49,148 nucleotides of DNA from an uncultured bacterium. GTDB lineage: Bacteria; Desulfobacterota; Dissulfuribacteria; Dissulfuribacterales; UBA3076. Position 1 is the first letter of the stretch. The number at the start of each line of letters is the position of its first letter. Made by a program: the position numbers and the translations under genes. The notes below the pieces were generated by a model. That model was not told the DNA's origin, made no database searches, and was given only the letters and a program-made list of their open reading frames with translations. Where the stretch lies: assembly GCA_965539945.1 (NCBI GenBank), contig CBETWD010000002.1:1-49148 (forward strand), in the 5' to 3' direction. Below are positions 48,439 to 49,148 of the stretch, piece by piece.

Positions 48439-48876
48439 GTGAAACTAAAGACTGTTTTTGAAAATAATGGGTTTATGCCTGCGAAATATACATGCGATGC
48501 CGGTGACAATAATCCAGAATTCATAATAGAAGATGTGCCGGAAAAGACAAAGAGTTTTGCTATGACAATGGAAGACCGCGACTCTCCAATAAGAACAATG
48601 GTTCACTGGATTATCTTTAATGTCCCAGCGGATATAAGAGAAATAAAAGAAAATACTATTCCTCAAGGAAGTATACAGGGAACAAATGATTTTGGGAAGC
48701 AAAGTTATAAAGGGCCCTGTCCTGATTCGGCCATTCATAGATATGAATTCCGCTTATATGCTCTGGATAGAGTTCTCGAAGTTGATGAAAAAACGAAAAA
48801 AGCCGAGTTAGAGAATTTAATGAAGGGTCGTACTCTAGCAGAAGAAGTATTAACAGGATTATATTCAAGGGACTAA
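48439..48876 (+). CDS. YbhB/YbcL (PEBP/Raf kinase inhibitor-like) family protein
   Basis: It has the DRDSP..TMVHW and GPCPDSAIHRYEFRLYALD motifs. The GTG start is preceded by GGAGAAGGGGG. Confidence 0.85.
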   Translation: MKLKTVFENNGFMPAKYTCDAGDNNPEFIIEDVPEKTKSFAMTMEDRDSPIRTMVHWIIFNVPADIREIKENTIPQGSIQGTNDFGKQSYKGPCPDSAIHRYEFRLYALDRVLEVDEKTKKAELENLMKGRTLAEEVLTGLYSRD

Positions 48877-49027
48877 AAAAGCGCAGTGTACTTGTGGTGG
48901 AGTACATGAGCATTTTCGACTTATCTGCGTGCGACGCACAGGCAGGCGAGCAACGCAGCCATCGGGTCATTGATCCAGGAACGGCAGTTCCGGCAAAAGA
49001 TGGGTTTTGCGAACGGCTCTAAAGAAA

Positions 49028-49059
49028 AAGGCGGCAGTTAAAGCCGCCTTTTCTTTTTT
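49028..49059 (+). terminator. Rho-independent terminator
   Basis: The stem aaggcggc/gccgcctt has a 7-nt loop and is followed by TTCTTTTTT. Confidence 0.75.
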
Positions 49060-49148
49060 GTAACCGTTCACGGGATTACAACGCCCGTTTTACCGCAACC
49101 CACCGAACTGTAAGCGTTTACAGGGTGCTGCAGGTGCGAGGCGTACGG
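49060..49148 (-). mobile_element. MITE copy 4 (reverse orientation, truncated by the window end)
   Basis: It starts GTAACCGTTCACGGGATTACAACGCCCGTTTTACCGCAACCC. The first 51 nt are identical to the reverse complement of copy 2. It is inserted directly after the terminator T-tract. Confidence 0.8.

Overview
This is a gene-dense 49.1-kb chromosomal window. Gene content suggests an anaerobic Desulfobacterota-type bacterium, but that is inference only. Most genes are housekeeping. Recognisable content, in order: a Lon-like protease; yebC-ruvC-ruvA-ruvB; a dynamin/EHD-like GTPase; a six-gene minus-strand cluster (NifX-like, two MinD-ferredoxin ATPases, Mrp/ApbC, NifX-like, FmdB-like) with a DUF5320-like gene nearby; two convergent CoADR/NADH-oxidase-like flavoproteins; tRNA-Leu(UAA); two large secreted repeat proteins; an M48 peptidase; a CDF transporter; an M1-peptidase/ChaN/PDZ fusion; a ClC channel; carD, rluD, priA, galU; a Tat-signal SOD-like protein; pilT plus a pilT paralog; ftsE-ftsX-envC; polA; purA; and a PEBP-family gene. 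Four points are not obvious from the ORF track. (1) The flavoprotein at 12624-13979 is truncated in the track by an in-frame TGA. That TGA sits at the catalytic-Cys position and is followed by a SECIS-like hairpin, so the gene is a probable selenoprotein with a Cys paralog next door. (2) A roughly 160-bp MITE with GTAAGCG/GTAACCG termini occurs four times, and each of the three complete copies has a perfect 8-bp target-site duplication, an IS66-like signature. One copy sits in the last codons of the Lon-like gene and supplies its stop codon. (3) Intergenic DNA is filled with 7-8-bp GTTCA-type arrays and nested palindromic elements that share the MITE end motif. (4) A NifX-like protein carries a (GGRGMGGG)n tail inside a conserved but functionally uncharacterised NifX/MinD-Fer4/Mrp/DUF5320 neighbourhood. 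I saw no CRISPR array, rRNA, prophage or obvious defence island.
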